The position numbers and the translations under genes are program-made. The notes beneath the pieces were generated by a model. It saw only the letters and a program-made list of their open reading frames with translations. It was not told the DNA's origin and made no database searches. Positions 28,045 through 38,412 of a stretch of DNA of 64,000 nucleotides are shown in pieces (the first letter of the stretch is position 1; every line of letters begins with the position of its first letter). Source of the stretch: a bacterium (lineage in GTDB: Bacteria; Zhuqueibacterota; Zhuqueibacteria; Residuimicrobiales; Krinioviventaceae); the NCBI GenBank assembly GCA_963675755.2, contig CAXXMD010000002.1:160001-224000 (forward strand). Reading direction: 5' to 3'.

Positions 28045-28115
28045 TGTTAATGTTGTTAAAAACATTATTTAACAGTTATTATCTGGATATTTGCTTTATT
28101 TATTAATACTATACA
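28045..28115 (+). promoter_or_regulatory. 71-bp conserved non-coding element, copy A (candidate operator/promoter)
   Basis: Ungapped 61/71 identity with 49353..49423; core TGTTAA-N3-TGTTAA-N9-TTAACA. Confidence 0.75.
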
Positions 28116-28250
28116 GGAGATTAATTATTATTTTAATCTTGTTTATTAATTATATATGTAGTAAAAGATAATTGAAATAAATGTAACACTTTTTTATCCA
28201 TTTTTATCTTCCAGAATAATCTGAATTATATGCGATTGGAGGTAATAACA

Positions 28251-31142
28251 ATGCGATGGTTGCAATATCTTTTCATTACTTTAGGGGTACAATTAACACT
28301 CACATTATCTGTCTATTCTGCAGTTATTCAAGGTAAAATAACAGACAAGTCTACGGGAGATCCTTTACCAGGAGCTAATGTACTCATTCAAGGTACTGCA
28401 ATTGGTGCTGCTACGAATATTGAAGGAAAATATTACATCTCCAAGGTCCCGCCTGGTAATTATACGCTGAATGTTACTTTTATAGGTTATAAATCAAGTT
28501 CAAGTAATGTGATTGTAAGTGCCAACAAACCTGCTGTTGTAGATTTTACTTTGGTTTATGATGTAGTTGAAGGGGAAACAGTAACTATTACCGCACAAGC
28601 TGAAGGTCAAATTGCTGCTATTAATCAGCAATTACGTTCAAATACAATTAAAAATGTAGTCTCTTCAGAAAGGATATTGGAATTACCAGATGCTAATGCT
28701 GCAGAATCGGTTGGAAGACTGCCTGGTATTTCTATCAAACGAAGTGGTGGTGAAGGAAATCAAATTGTTATACGTGGATTATCTCCTACTTATAATACGA
28801 TTACCGTTGGGGGAGAAAAAGTACCGGCAACGGATCTGGATACCCGTAGTGTTGATTTGAACATGATCTCTCCGGAAATATTGGATGGAATTGAAGTCAC
28901 AAAGGCGCTTACTCCAGATATGGATGCAGATGCATTTGGAGGTGTTGTAAATTTCAAACTTGCTGAAGCACCATCGGGCTTTCGGTCAAATATGCGGTTT
29001 CAACAAGGTTACAACCAGCAACGAGATGAATTGGGGCAGTATAAAGGTAGTGTTACATTGAGTAACCGTTATATGAATGATAAATTGGGTATAATGATTA
29101 CAGGTAATATGGAAAGAGCACAGCGTGGTTCTGATCAATATGAAGCCAGTTATGGTATTGTTCGTGAAAAGCGTGAAGGCGAAGAATATGCACCTGTATC
29201 AGTAGGGCAGGTTAACCTTATATATGTAGATGAAATTCGTGAACGTTTAGGTTTTAGTCTTCTTTCAGATTATAAGCTAAAGTATGGAAAAATTATGTTT
29301 TCAAATTTCTTTAGCCGTTTAAACCGAGACGAATTTAATATGCAAAATTCTTACAATGATGGTAGCAATTGGCACGAATATAGATCTACTGATCGTCAAC
29401 GTCAAATTGATATTATGACTAATTCATTTTCTGGCGAACACAGTTTGTATTTTGGTACAGTTGACTGGCGTCTTTCACGTACAGCTTCAATGACTCGACA
29501 TCCTTATGATAGCAGATTCCGTTTTCAAGAAAAAAGTGCTTTTGATCAATCAATGTTGCCGATTTATGCAACGGCAGATCAGTTGATTGCCGCTGCAGTA
29601 AATGATCTGGACAAAACATTTTTGTACCAGGGAAATTATTATGAAGAGAAAGCATTTGAACGTGATTATAATGCACAGTTTAATGTCGAAATACCTTATA
29701 TGATAAAAAATAATATTGCTGGAAAATTGAAATTTGGTGCAAAGTATACCAGTAAAAGTAAAATTCGAGATCGTTTGCATGCCAACAAACGGTTGGATAC
29801 AAATAATGAAGCTTTTGTACGTCATCATTCAAAATATGGCGATCCAGACTTTGAATTTCAAAAAATTGCTGGTACACATTTTCCGTCGATTTATAATTAT
29901 ATTGATCCCGATTTTGATGTGGGAAATTTCCTGAGTGGCGATTATGATTTTCCAGTTGGTTTAGACCGTGAAGAGCTGGACTATTTTCTAAGTTCGTACC
30001 TGTTAGATTCAACCTATGTTTTTTCGTCGCTGGCAGACATGGATGATTACGAAACTTCTGAAAATGTTAGTGCTGGTTATATAATGACAGAGATCAATTT
30101 GGGTAGATCATTGATGTTTATGCCTGGTGTGCGTTATGAACATACATTTAATGATATGACAGGACGAAAAGGAAGTATTGCGGAAGAATTTTACGAGCCT
30201 GATCTAAATGATCCTTTTGTTTCTGATACTACTGCAACAAACAAGTATGGACGATGGTTTCCTATGGTTCATGCCCGTTACAAACCGTTCAGTTGGTTTG
30301 ATATTCGAGTTGCATATACTCGAACCCTGTCACGTCCTCGTTTATCCTGGATGTTACCCAAACGTAAAATTCATGGTTCCGCACAGACTGTTGAGTTTGG
30401 TCGTCCGGATTTATTGCCACAAATTGCTACTAATTATGATATCTTTTTATCTTTTTACAGTAATCGTATTGGATTATTCACATTGGGAGGATTTTATAAA
30501 GATATAGATGATCTGATTTTTCAACGTGAGGGGCACAAAATTCTTGATCCTGAAGCCGAAGGCTTTACAAGTGACCTAAAAGGACTATGGCTCGATCGTC
30601 CAGAAAATAATCCATACAAAACTAAAATTCGTGGTCTTGAGATGGAATGGCAAACCAATCTAAATTGGCTTCCTAAACCTTTTAATGGATTTGTTATTAA
30701 TGTAAATTATTCACATATCTGGTCAGAAACACGATTCCCCAGATCTTATGTAGTCTCTGACAAAATTCCTGTCTTTCCATTTGTTGTTACAACGGTTGTT
30801 GATACATTTCGTGTAGGTGATATGCCAGACCAGCCAGATGATATCGCTAATATTGCACTTGGTTATGATAATGGACCCTTTTCAGCACGATTATCCATGT
30901 TGTACCAGGGTAAAACTTTATCAATAGTTGGCGAACGAGAAGAGTTGGATGGTTTTACCGCTGATCTTTTAAGATGGGATTTATCTGTTAAATACCGTTT
31001 AAATCAACAAATTGGCCTTTTTGTTAATTGGACAAATATTAGTAATGAAGCGGATGAATCTTTTATGTTGGATCAAAAATACCTGACTTTGAGAGAATAT
31101 TATGGTTGGACTGTAGATTTAGGTATTGCTTATTCATTATAA
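28251..31142 (+). CDS. TonB-dependent receptor (CarboxypepD_reg-like + plug + barrel; no STN)
   Basis: IQGKITDKSTGDPLPGANV, LPDANAAESVGRLPG, KALTPDMDADAFGG, PGVRYE. ATG 28251 follows GGAGGT; the ORF track starts at 28230. Confidence 0.93.
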   Translation: MRWLQYLFITLGVQLTLTLSVYSAVIQGKITDKSTGDPLPGANVLIQGTAIGAATNIEGKYYISKVPPGNYTLNVTFIGYKSSSSNVIVSANKPAVVDFTLVYDVVEGETVTITAQAEGQIAAINQQLRSNTIKNVVSSERILELPDANAAESVGRLPGISIKRSGGEGNQIVIRGLSPTYNTITVGGEKVPATDLDTRSVDLNMISPEILDGIEVTKALTPDMDADAFGGVVNFKLAEAPSGFRSNMRFQQGYNQQRDELGQYKGSVTLSNRYMNDKLGIMITGNMERAQRGSDQYEASYGIVREKREGEEYAPVSVGQVNLIYVDEIRERLGFSLLSDYKLKYGKIMFSNFFSRLNRDEFNMQNSYNDGSNWHEYRSTDRQRQIDIMTNSFSGEHSLYFGTVDWRLSRTASMTRHPYDSRFRFQEKSAFDQSMLPIYATADQLIAAAVNDLDKTFLYQGNYYEEKAFERDYNAQFNVEIPYMIKNNIAGKLKFGAKYTSKSKIRDRLHANKRLDTNNEAFVRHHSKYGDPDFEFQKIAGTHFPSIYNYIDPDFDVGNFLSGDYDFPVGLDREELDYFLSSYLLDSTYVFSSLADMDDYETSENVSAGYIMTEINLGRSLMFMPGVRYEHTFNDMTGRKGSIAEEFYEPDLNDPFVSDTTATNKYGRWFPMVHARYKPFSWFDIRVAYTRTLSRPRLSWMLPKRKIHGSAQTVEFGRPDLLPQIATNYDIFLSFYSNRIGLFTLGGFYKDIDDLIFQREGHKILDPEAEGFTSDLKGLWLDRPENNPYKTKIRGLEMEWQTNLNWLPKPFNGFVINVNYSHIWSETRFPRSYVVSDKIPVFPFVVTTVVDTFRVGDMPDQPDDIANIALGYDNGPFSARLSMLYQGKTLSIVGEREELDGFTADLLRWDLSVKYRLNQQIGLFVNWTNISNEADESFMLDQKYLTLREYYGWTVDLGIAYSL

Positions 31143-31222
31143 ACAATTAATGTAATTATCCTGTTAATGAATTTGATTATTATTGGATTTAAGTAATTCA
31201 TTCATTTTAAATCTTTTTGACA

Positions 31223-31258
31223 AGGAGGTGATTGAGTACAAAAGGTTATTACCATTAA
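31223..31258 (+). promoter_or_regulatory. Orphan Shine-Dalgarno (AGGAGGTGA) with a possible 8-codon TTG uORF, 76 nt upstream of the next start codon
   Basis: AGGAGG tga TTG AGT ACA AAA GGT TAT TAC CAT TAA; the downstream gene has its own GGAGGT. Confidence 0.45.
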
Positions 31259-31298
31259 TTCTATTAATTCATTAAAAACTTATCATCGGAGGTTTTGT

Positions 31299-32945
31299 AT
31301 GAAAGTTCTATTTACAATTTTGTTATCAACAGCTTTATGTTGTTTATTGGTTATGCCAGCAGTAGCTCAGGATTACTTGGATGTTGAACCGGGTTACGAA
31401 ACATTGAACCTTGCCATTGAAGGTGATACAACCGCAGCAGGTGAACCAGTCAGCCAGAATCGAGTTTATCGGCTACAGCGCGGTGGATATTATCTTTTGA
31501 ATGGTTCTATACAAAACTCGAAAGATATGCCACTGGTAATTGAAGCGGCTGAAGGTGATGGTGCATTACCCATTATTATCCCTGCTGCAGATGAGACCGG
31601 TGCTTCTTCAAGAGCATTTGCTTTACCCGCTGATTGTACTTTGAGGAATTTATATGTTTCCGGTATTGATAATCTGGGAAATCAGGCATCAAAGAACATG
31701 TTCCGTTTGGAAAAAACAGGTGGCCGTTATATTGTTGATGGCTGTTTTTTTGATCACGATGCACAATCATTTGTAAGAATGAATGCTGATGATCAAAAAT
31801 TATATATCTATGACTCTATCTTCCGTAATTCAATACTTCTTGCAGGTCCGGGAAATGGACGTTTTATAGATACACGCGGAAACACAGTTGATACGATGAT
31901 GGTACAAAACTCTACATTTTATATGTGTTCCAGCAGCATGGTAAGAGATGGTGGCGGAATTATTCAAAATGTATTGTTTGATCATGTGACTGTGTATCAG
32001 GGTGGTGGAAATTTTGCTTTCAATAAAGTATTGAATGGCCATTTTAATGACTGTCTCATCATAGATGCACGTTGGGAAGGTGATGTTGAGCCTACTGATC
32101 CTGCTGCCGCATTGGCTGACAGTCTGGAAACAGATATCATTTCTATTGACTCATTAAATGCTCCTGATCTGATGTCTGAAGGTGAACGTGCATTTCAGCT
32201 CAAAAATAATATTTATGGATGGACACCTGAAGTTACAGCGTTTATCGCAGGCATAGATTCACTGCAAAAAGCAGTTTTGTTTAATGTTCGCGCACAACGT
32301 TATTTTGACTTGTTTGATGGTTTTGTAGAAGAAAATAATGTTGAAGATGCTGTTGTATTTAGTGATGCTCCGGATCCAGCGAATGTTATTACTTTTGCTC
32401 AATATCGTATTGATACTGGTTTCAGTGATGAGAATAATCCTGATCCAAGAGCTGACCGAAATGGAATGGCAGCATTATCTGAAGATCCTGAAAGTATCGG
32501 ACCCGCTCCGGATGAATATGATTTTGATTACAATACCGATGCTCAAGCTTATACACATGCTGCAGGTGGATTCCCTGTTGGTGATTTAAACTGGTTCCCG
32601 GATAAAAAAGCTGAATGGGAAACCTGGATTACAACAGATATCACAGATAATAATGCTACCCCGTCAACATTTAGCATGAAACAGAATTATCCCAATCCAT
32701 TTAATCCTACAACTACAATTGATTTCGCTTTGAATAAATCTTCTCAAGTTGAATTGATCGTCTATAATGCATTGGGACAAAAAATTAGAACATTAATGAA
32801 TGGAAAAATCCAGGCTGCGGGTACCCATAGTGTAAATTGGGATGGTCGCAATGATAATGGAATCAAGGTTGCCAGTGGTATTTACATGTATCAGATCAAA
32901 GCTGGTGATCAGGTTGAAACGAAAAAAATGGTTTTAATGAAATAA
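31299..32945 (+). CDS. Secreted acidic beta-helix-like protein with GDLNWFP motif and sorting tail; TBDR partner
   Basis: Signal peptide ending AVA-Q; YRLQRGGYY, GNGRFIDTRG, GGFPVGDLNWFP, KQNYPNPFNP...KMVLMK; paralog of 4181..5749. Confidence 0.8.
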   Translation: MKVLFTILLSTALCCLLVMPAVAQDYLDVEPGYETLNLAIEGDTTAAGEPVSQNRVYRLQRGGYYLLNGSIQNSKDMPLVIEAAEGDGALPIIIPAADETGASSRAFALPADCTLRNLYVSGIDNLGNQASKNMFRLEKTGGRYIVDGCFFDHDAQSFVRMNADDQKLYIYDSIFRNSILLAGPGNGRFIDTRGNTVDTMMVQNSTFYMCSSSMVRDGGGIIQNVLFDHVTVYQGGGNFAFNKVLNGHFNDCLIIDARWEGDVEPTDPAAALADSLETDIISIDSLNAPDLMSEGERAFQLKNNIYGWTPEVTAFIAGIDSLQKAVLFNVRAQRYFDLFDGFVEENNVEDAVVFSDAPDPANVITFAQYRIDTGFSDENNPDPRADRNGMAALSEDPESIGPAPDEYDFDYNTDAQAYTHAAGGFPVGDLNWFPDKKAEWETWITTDITDNNATPSTFSMKQNYPNPFNPTTTIDFALNKSSQVELIVYNALGQKIRTLMNGKIQAAGTHSVNWDGRNDNGIKVASGIYMYQIKAGDQVETKKMVLMK

Positions 32946-32998
32946 TTCAGTTTACCGGTTTGGACGTTTTTTTCTAAAACCGGATTGGATAATCTTTC

Positions 32999-33036
32999 AG
33001 GTTGCAGCAGGTAGAATGCAAAGCCTGCTGCAACCT
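32999..33036 (+). terminator. Strong hairpin without U-tract
   Basis: Perfect 13-bp inverted repeat AGGTTGCAGCAGG / CCTGCTGCAACCT; a weaker CCGGTTT/AAACCGG stem lies at 32955-32983. Confidence 0.6.
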
Positions 33037-33079
33037 ATTGATAAAAATGATTCCTGGATTTTCATGAAAGGACCTAAAC

Positions 33080-33880
33080 ATGAAACATATTCTTATGTTT
33101 TTGCTCGTGTTTATTTTATCATCTGTTGGGAATTTGATTGCCCAGGAGGATAATGATATATCTTTACATCTGTTTGGTACGTTCTCACTTCCTACAGGTG
33201 ATTACGGTAAAGATATTACCGATAATTCAATTCCCACTCGTCGCTTTGGATTCAATATCGGTGATGATATCGGTTTGGCAACAACAGGTTTTGGCGCAGG
33301 TGCTGAATTAACATCAGCAGTGTGGTTTAAGGGACTGCAATGGATGTTTAGTGTTAATTATATACTCAATCCTGCAGAGAATTCAGCTCTGGAACCGGTT
33401 TATAATGACTTGCTTTCAGACACTACAAAAAGTGTTTCTGTTGATTTTGAATTAGGGAAATGGATTAATATTCCGATATTTAGTGGTTTTCAGTACAATT
33501 ATAACATTTCTTCAGATTTTATGATTTATGGTATGCTACAGGGTGGAATGAATTTTTCAAGACGTCCTTCTCAAAAAGCAGTTGTTCAGATTGTTCCAAG
33601 TGAAGCAAGCACTGTAGTTGCTCGTTCAGATCTTGTTGCTGAAGATACCAGTTATGAATTTGCACGGGATTTTGGATTTGGTACAGGTATGGGTATTGTT
33701 TTTAAAGATCGTATTAATCTAGGTGTAAGATATTTTAATCTCAGCCAACCCAAGTATGAAGGTACCCGCCAATTATCTGAAAAAGTTTTCCCTGAAATAT
33801 ATGCCAGAGAAAATTATATCCTCGGTGAAGAGCGTTCTATCTCTATGTTATTGGTTACTCTTGGTATTGTATTATTCTAA
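33080..33880 (+). CDS. Putative small outer-membrane beta-barrel protein
   Basis: Signal peptide, SLPTGDY, amphipathic strands (GFGAGAEL, IPIFSGFQY, INLGVRY), C-terminal LGIVLF. Confidence 0.6.
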   Translation: MKHILMFLLVFILSSVGNLIAQEDNDISLHLFGTFSLPTGDYGKDITDNSIPTRRFGFNIGDDIGLATTGFGAGAELTSAVWFKGLQWMFSVNYILNPAENSALEPVYNDLLSDTTKSVSVDFELGKWINIPIFSGFQYNYNISSDFMIYGMLQGGMNFSRRPSQKAVVQIVPSEASTVVARSDLVAEDTSYEFARDFGFGTGMGIVFKDRINLGVRYFNLSQPKYEGTRQLSEKVFPEIYARENYILGEERSISMLLVTLGIVLF

Positions 33881-33889
33881 GTTGCCCAT

Positions 33890-34936
33890 ATGAAAAAAAA
33901 ATTGAATTTTTCAATCCCCATTTATTTGCTCTTTATGCTAATTTTGCTTCAATCATGTGAGCAAACAAATATTAAAAAACCGTTCAGAACAATTTCCAAA
34001 ATTGTATTTTTATCGAATCGGGATTCTGAGCCGAGACAATTTGATGTTTTTACTATGAACCTTGATGGAAGTGAACAAATCAACTTGACGCGTGATTTGA
34101 ATTCTATTCGAACCCATTCAAGGCCAATATTATCACCAGATCAACATAAATTGGTCTTTACAGCTTTTGAAGATTCTGGACCTGTTCTCAAGTTGTTTGA
34201 TTTGCAAGACAGTACATTTACTACATTGTGTTTGTTGACACATGTTGCACCTCATGCTGAATTTTCTCCTGATGGCAAAACTATTGTTTTTGTTCAAAAG
34301 GTTGATGACCGTCGACAGATTTATCAAATCAATTCCGATGGTACCGGTGAAAGGAATCTCTCAAATAATAATTTTGATGAATACAATCCTTCTTTTGCCA
34401 GTGATGGAAAACAAATAGTCTGTGTATCAAATCGTAATAATTCCTATTTAATAAACATTTTTAACCTTGAAACCTTGAAAGTAAATGAAATTAATGTGGA
34501 TTGCGGTATTCCAGCTAATCCTAAATTTTCTCAAGATATTTCAATGATTGTATTTTCTGCGGAGCAGAATAGAGTCTCAGATATTTATATTATGAAATCT
34601 AATGGTAAACATTTACAAAACTTGACCCTTGGTCGCTACCGTAATACATTTCCACAATTTACACCTGATGGCTCAAAACTTTTATTTTTATCTAATGAAC
34701 GAGGTATGAAATATCAGGATATTTGTATAATAGATGTTAAAGGAAGACAAATAACAAATCTAACCCGAGATTTGAATTATATTAATCAGCATTTTAATAT
34801 TACACCAGATGGCCGGTTTATTATTTTCGATTCTGTCAAGTTTAATGATTGTGAAATTTTTAAAGTTGAAATTAAATCAGGTGAATTGGTCAATCTCTCC
34901 AATCATCCCAAATGGGACCAGTCACCAAATATTTAA
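33890..34936 (+). CDS. TolB-like / PD40-repeat beta-propeller lipoprotein
   Basis: Lipobox-like LLQSC; repeated FSPDGKTIVF, SFASDGKQI, FTPDGSKLLF, and NLT motifs. Confidence 0.85.
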   Translation: MKKKLNFSIPIYLLFMLILLQSCEQTNIKKPFRTISKIVFLSNRDSEPRQFDVFTMNLDGSEQINLTRDLNSIRTHSRPILSPDQHKLVFTAFEDSGPVLKLFDLQDSTFTTLCLLTHVAPHAEFSPDGKTIVFVQKVDDRRQIYQINSDGTGERNLSNNNFDEYNPSFASDGKQIVCVSNRNNSYLINIFNLETLKVNEINVDCGIPANPKFSQDISMIVFSAEQNRVSDIYIMKSNGKHLQNLTLGRYRNTFPQFTPDGSKLLFLSNERGMKYQDICIIDVKGRQITNLTRDLNYINQHFNITPDGRFIIFDSVKFNDCEIFKVEIKSGELVNLSNHPKWDQSPNI

Positions 34937-35050
34937 AAATAAAATTAAAACAGAGGTGGTTTTGTAAAGTTGTTGATTGTTAATACCTCATGGTAAAAAA
35001 AAGTGTGAATCATTTTACTAAATTTACACTTATTGTAAATGGAGGTCCAA

Positions 35051-37945
35051 ATGAGATCTTGGCAAATACTTTTAGTGCTGGCAGTTTTGTTGTCTTTAAA
35101 TTTTACGGCTCTGGGGGCAACTGGTCAAATTCAGGGGAAAATAACTGATCAGGTTACAGGAGATCCCTTGCCAGGCGCAAACATTATTCTTGAAGGAACT
35201 GCTATTGGTGCCGCTACGGATTCCAAAGGTGAATATAAAGTTTTAAAGATCCCACCAGGTAATTTCAACCTCAAAGTTACTTTTATTGGCTATAAAACAG
35301 CTACTTATGCGGTAAATGTAACTGCAGGAAGAACTGTTACAGTAAATTTAGATCTAGTTTATGATGTAGTAGAAGGAGAAACTGTTACTATCACTGCTCA
35401 GGCTGAAGGTCAAATTGCAGCAATTAACCAACAATTAAGATCCAATACCATCAAGAATGTTGTATCTGCAGAACGAATCATGGAATTGCCGGATGCGAAT
35501 GCAGCAGAATCGGTTGGACGATTACCCGGTGTTTCAATAAAGCGTAGTGGTGGAGAAGGGAATAGAGTTGTTATTCGTGGACTTTCACCAACATATAATA
35601 CCATTACCATTGGGGGTGAAAAAATACCCGCAACAGACCTTGATGATAGAAGCGTTGACCTGAATATGATTTCTCCTGAAATACTTGGCGGTATTGAGGT
35701 AACCAAAGCCCTTACACCAGATATGGATGCTGATGCTTTTGGTGGTACAGTTAATTTTAAACTTGCTGATGCTCCATCAGGTTTTCAAAGTAAATTCAGA
35801 TTTCAGGAAGGTTACAATCAACATCGTGATCAATTTGGCTTGTACAAAGGGAGTTTAACTCTCAGTAACCGTTATCTTGAAGATAAATTTGGAATTATGA
35901 TTACGGGAAACATGGAAAAAGCGCAAAGAGGTTCAGATCAGTTTAATGCAAGTTATTCAATTGTGCGTGAAAAACGAGAAGGCGAAGAGTTTGCTCCCGT
36001 AACTGTTGGAAGTGTGAATTTGGAATATTCTGATGAAATCCGTGAAAGAATGGGTTTTAGTGTATTATCTGATTATCGTTTAAAGAATGGTAAAATTTTA
36101 TTTTCAAATTTCTTTAGTCGTCTTGACCGTGATGAATATATTACAAGCAGCGATTATTCTGTGGAAAGCAATGCTCATGATTATAATTTCTCTGATTTGC
36201 AGCGCCAAATTGATGTGATGACCAACTCTCTTTCCGGAGAGCATAGCCTTTATTTTGGTACTGTTGATTGGAAAGTGTCAAGAACTTCATCTTCAACCCG
36301 TCACCCTTTTAATAATGAAATTGGAATGAAAGAGTTGAGTGCTTTTGATCAATCTCTTTTGTCACAATTCAATACTGCCGATGATTTAATTGCATCTGCG
36401 GTAAATAATTTGGATAATACTTTTCTTTACACAGGTCACTTTAGGCAGGAAAAATCATGGGAACGGGATTATAATACTCAGATAAATCTTGAAATTCCAT
36501 ATACATTAACGAACAAGATGGCTGGTTATATTAAAATGGGATTCAAGTATACTGACAAGGAAAAGAATCGTGACCGTTTTCATATGAACCATAGATTAGA
36601 TGAATGGCATGATGCTTATATTCGTTATCATACTCAATATAACGATCCCAATTTTGAATTTCAAAAAATCGCAGGTACTGGTTATGCGTCTATCCGAAAT
36701 TATATTGACGAATCAGTTGATATAAGTGATTTTTTGGATGGACAATATGATTTGGGTGTAGCTCTTGATAGAGATGAACTCAATAATTTATTTAACAGAT
36801 ATTTATTGGATTCCCTTTATATCTACTCTTCACTTGAAGAGTTGGACGATTATGAAACAAGTGAAGAAACCGCAGCCGGTTATATTATGAGCGAAATTAA
36901 TTTTGGGCGTTTTTTCATGCTGTTGCCGGGTGTTCGTTTTGAAAAGACATCAAATGATATGACGGGACGTATTGGTAGTGTACCTTCAGATCATATAGAA
37001 CCGGAACTTGATAGCCCTTATGTTGCAGATACTACGGCGACTGCATCTTATAAAAACTGGTTTCCAATGATTCATGCGCGGGTAAGACCCACTAACTGGT
37101 TTGATATTAGATTGGCTTATACGGAATCAATATCTAAACCTCGTCTTGACTGGATGCTGCCAAAGAAAAAAGTTAGAGGAAATCGTCAATCTGTCGAGTA
37201 CGGCAGCCCCAATCTGAATCCGCAGCTTGCAACCAACTATGACGTATTTTTGTCATTTTACGGCAATCGACTTGGATTGTTAACGCTGGGTGGATTTTAT
37301 AAAGAGATAAAAGATCTGATCTTTAAGCGAAATGGACACAAAATATTAGATGCTGAAGGTGAAGGTTATCCACAAAATTTACAAGGATTCTGGCTTGATC
37401 AGCCCGAAAATAATCCGTATACAACAGAAGTAAAGGGATTTGAAGTTGAATGGCAAACCAATTTTAATTGGTTACCAAAGCCATTTGATGGTTTTGTGAT
37501 CAATGCAAATTATACGCATTTGAATTCAGATACCCGGTTCCCACGTTCTTTTGTAGTTTCTGAAAAAATCCCGGTATTTCCTTTTGTCAAAACAACTGCT
37601 ATTGATACTTTTCGTGTAGGTAATATGCCAGACCAGGCAGATGACATTGCCAACCTTGCAATCGGCTATGATAAAGGCCCGTTTTCTGCAAGATTATCCA
37701 TGTTGTACCAGGGTAAAACCTTGACATCTGTTGGAGAAAGACCTGAACAAGATGGTTATACGGCAGATTTACTCAGATGGGATATGTCTGTTAAATACAG
37801 AGTGAACAGACAAATGGGTCTCTTTTTTAATTTTGCCAATATTACCAACGAACCTGACGAGTCGTTTATGCTTGATCAAAAGTATCTAACAGCACGAGAA
37901 TTTTATGGCTGGACCCTTGATGTAGGTATAGGATACGAATTCTGA
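35051..37945 (+). CDS. TonB-dependent receptor, close paralog of 28251..31142
   Basis: Long near-identical blocks (EGETVTITAQAEGQIAAINQQLRSNTIKNVVS; GPFSARLSMLYQGKTL); terminal YEF. ATG 35051 follows GGAGGT; the ORF track starts at 35039. Confidence 0.93.
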   Translation: MRSWQILLVLAVLLSLNFTALGATGQIQGKITDQVTGDPLPGANIILEGTAIGAATDSKGEYKVLKIPPGNFNLKVTFIGYKTATYAVNVTAGRTVTVNLDLVYDVVEGETVTITAQAEGQIAAINQQLRSNTIKNVVSAERIMELPDANAAESVGRLPGVSIKRSGGEGNRVVIRGLSPTYNTITIGGEKIPATDLDDRSVDLNMISPEILGGIEVTKALTPDMDADAFGGTVNFKLADAPSGFQSKFRFQEGYNQHRDQFGLYKGSLTLSNRYLEDKFGIMITGNMEKAQRGSDQFNASYSIVREKREGEEFAPVTVGSVNLEYSDEIRERMGFSVLSDYRLKNGKILFSNFFSRLDRDEYITSSDYSVESNAHDYNFSDLQRQIDVMTNSLSGEHSLYFGTVDWKVSRTSSSTRHPFNNEIGMKELSAFDQSLLSQFNTADDLIASAVNNLDNTFLYTGHFRQEKSWERDYNTQINLEIPYTLTNKMAGYIKMGFKYTDKEKNRDRFHMNHRLDEWHDAYIRYHTQYNDPNFEFQKIAGTGYASIRNYIDESVDISDFLDGQYDLGVALDRDELNNLFNRYLLDSLYIYSSLEELDDYETSEETAAGYIMSEINFGRFFMLLPGVRFEKTSNDMTGRIGSVPSDHIEPELDSPYVADTTATASYKNWFPMIHARVRPTNWFDIRLAYTESISKPRLDWMLPKKKVRGNRQSVEYGSPNLNPQLATNYDVFLSFYGNRLGLLTLGGFYKEIKDLIFKRNGHKILDAEGEGYPQNLQGFWLDQPENNPYTTEVKGFEVEWQTNFNWLPKPFDGFVINANYTHLNSDTRFPRSFVVSEKIPVFPFVKTTAIDTFRVGNMPDQADDIANLAIGYDKGPFSARLSMLYQGKTLTSVGERPEQDGYTADLLRWDMSVKYRVNRQMGLFFNFANITNEPDESFMLDQKYLTAREFYGWTLDVGIGYEF

Positions 37946-37954
37946 TTTTAAACC

Positions 37955-37989
37955 AGCAATTCAGGAGAATTCTGTTCTCCTGAATTGCT
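37955..37989 (+). terminator. Strong hairpin ending the TBDR cassette
   Basis: Perfect 15-bp inverted repeat AGCAATTCAGGAGAA / TTCTCCTGAATTGCT with a 5-nt loop. Confidence 0.65.
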
Positions 37990-38412
37990 AAAGAATTCTG
38001 AATCATTAAGAGAGACTTGCAGTATTGATCAAAAATTAATTTACAATAACAAGATTTGATTTCGCTACTGACCAGAGATTATAGAATGTTTTATTTTAAA
38101 CGTCAAATCATTCAAATAAAACAACCCGATAAAACAATAATAGATTTAGAGACAGTAATCTTTTATTTAAAAAGTATATTGTTGATTTACAAAAGTAATT
38201 CATATTTATTTAACCCCATACCATCGTTAACCTCCATTGATAGCTCTGTAAATGTATCCCTTTTAGATTATTTGAAAAAAAATTATAAATAAAGGTGCAA
38301 TTCTACCAATGGTTCGTTGCTTTTTGATTGCCTAATTAGAGTGTTTAAATTTAAAGGTATAATCGTTTTGAGCTTGAATAATATATCTAATTCTGAACTA
38401 TAAGGCATTACT

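Noticed and set aside
34952-34958. AGAGGTG as a third orphan SD upstream of the TBDR at 35051
   Set aside because: Weaker match and different spacing (~99 nt) from the two conserved cases.
857-37945. SusC/SusD annotation for the receptors and their neighbours
   Set aside because: Receptors lack SusC-type plug motifs; downstream genes have no lipobox or TPR-like helical pattern.
38056-38292. 78-aa plus-strand ORF in an intergenic gap
   Set aside because: TTG start, no clear SD, AT-driven composition, no motif; cannot be supported.
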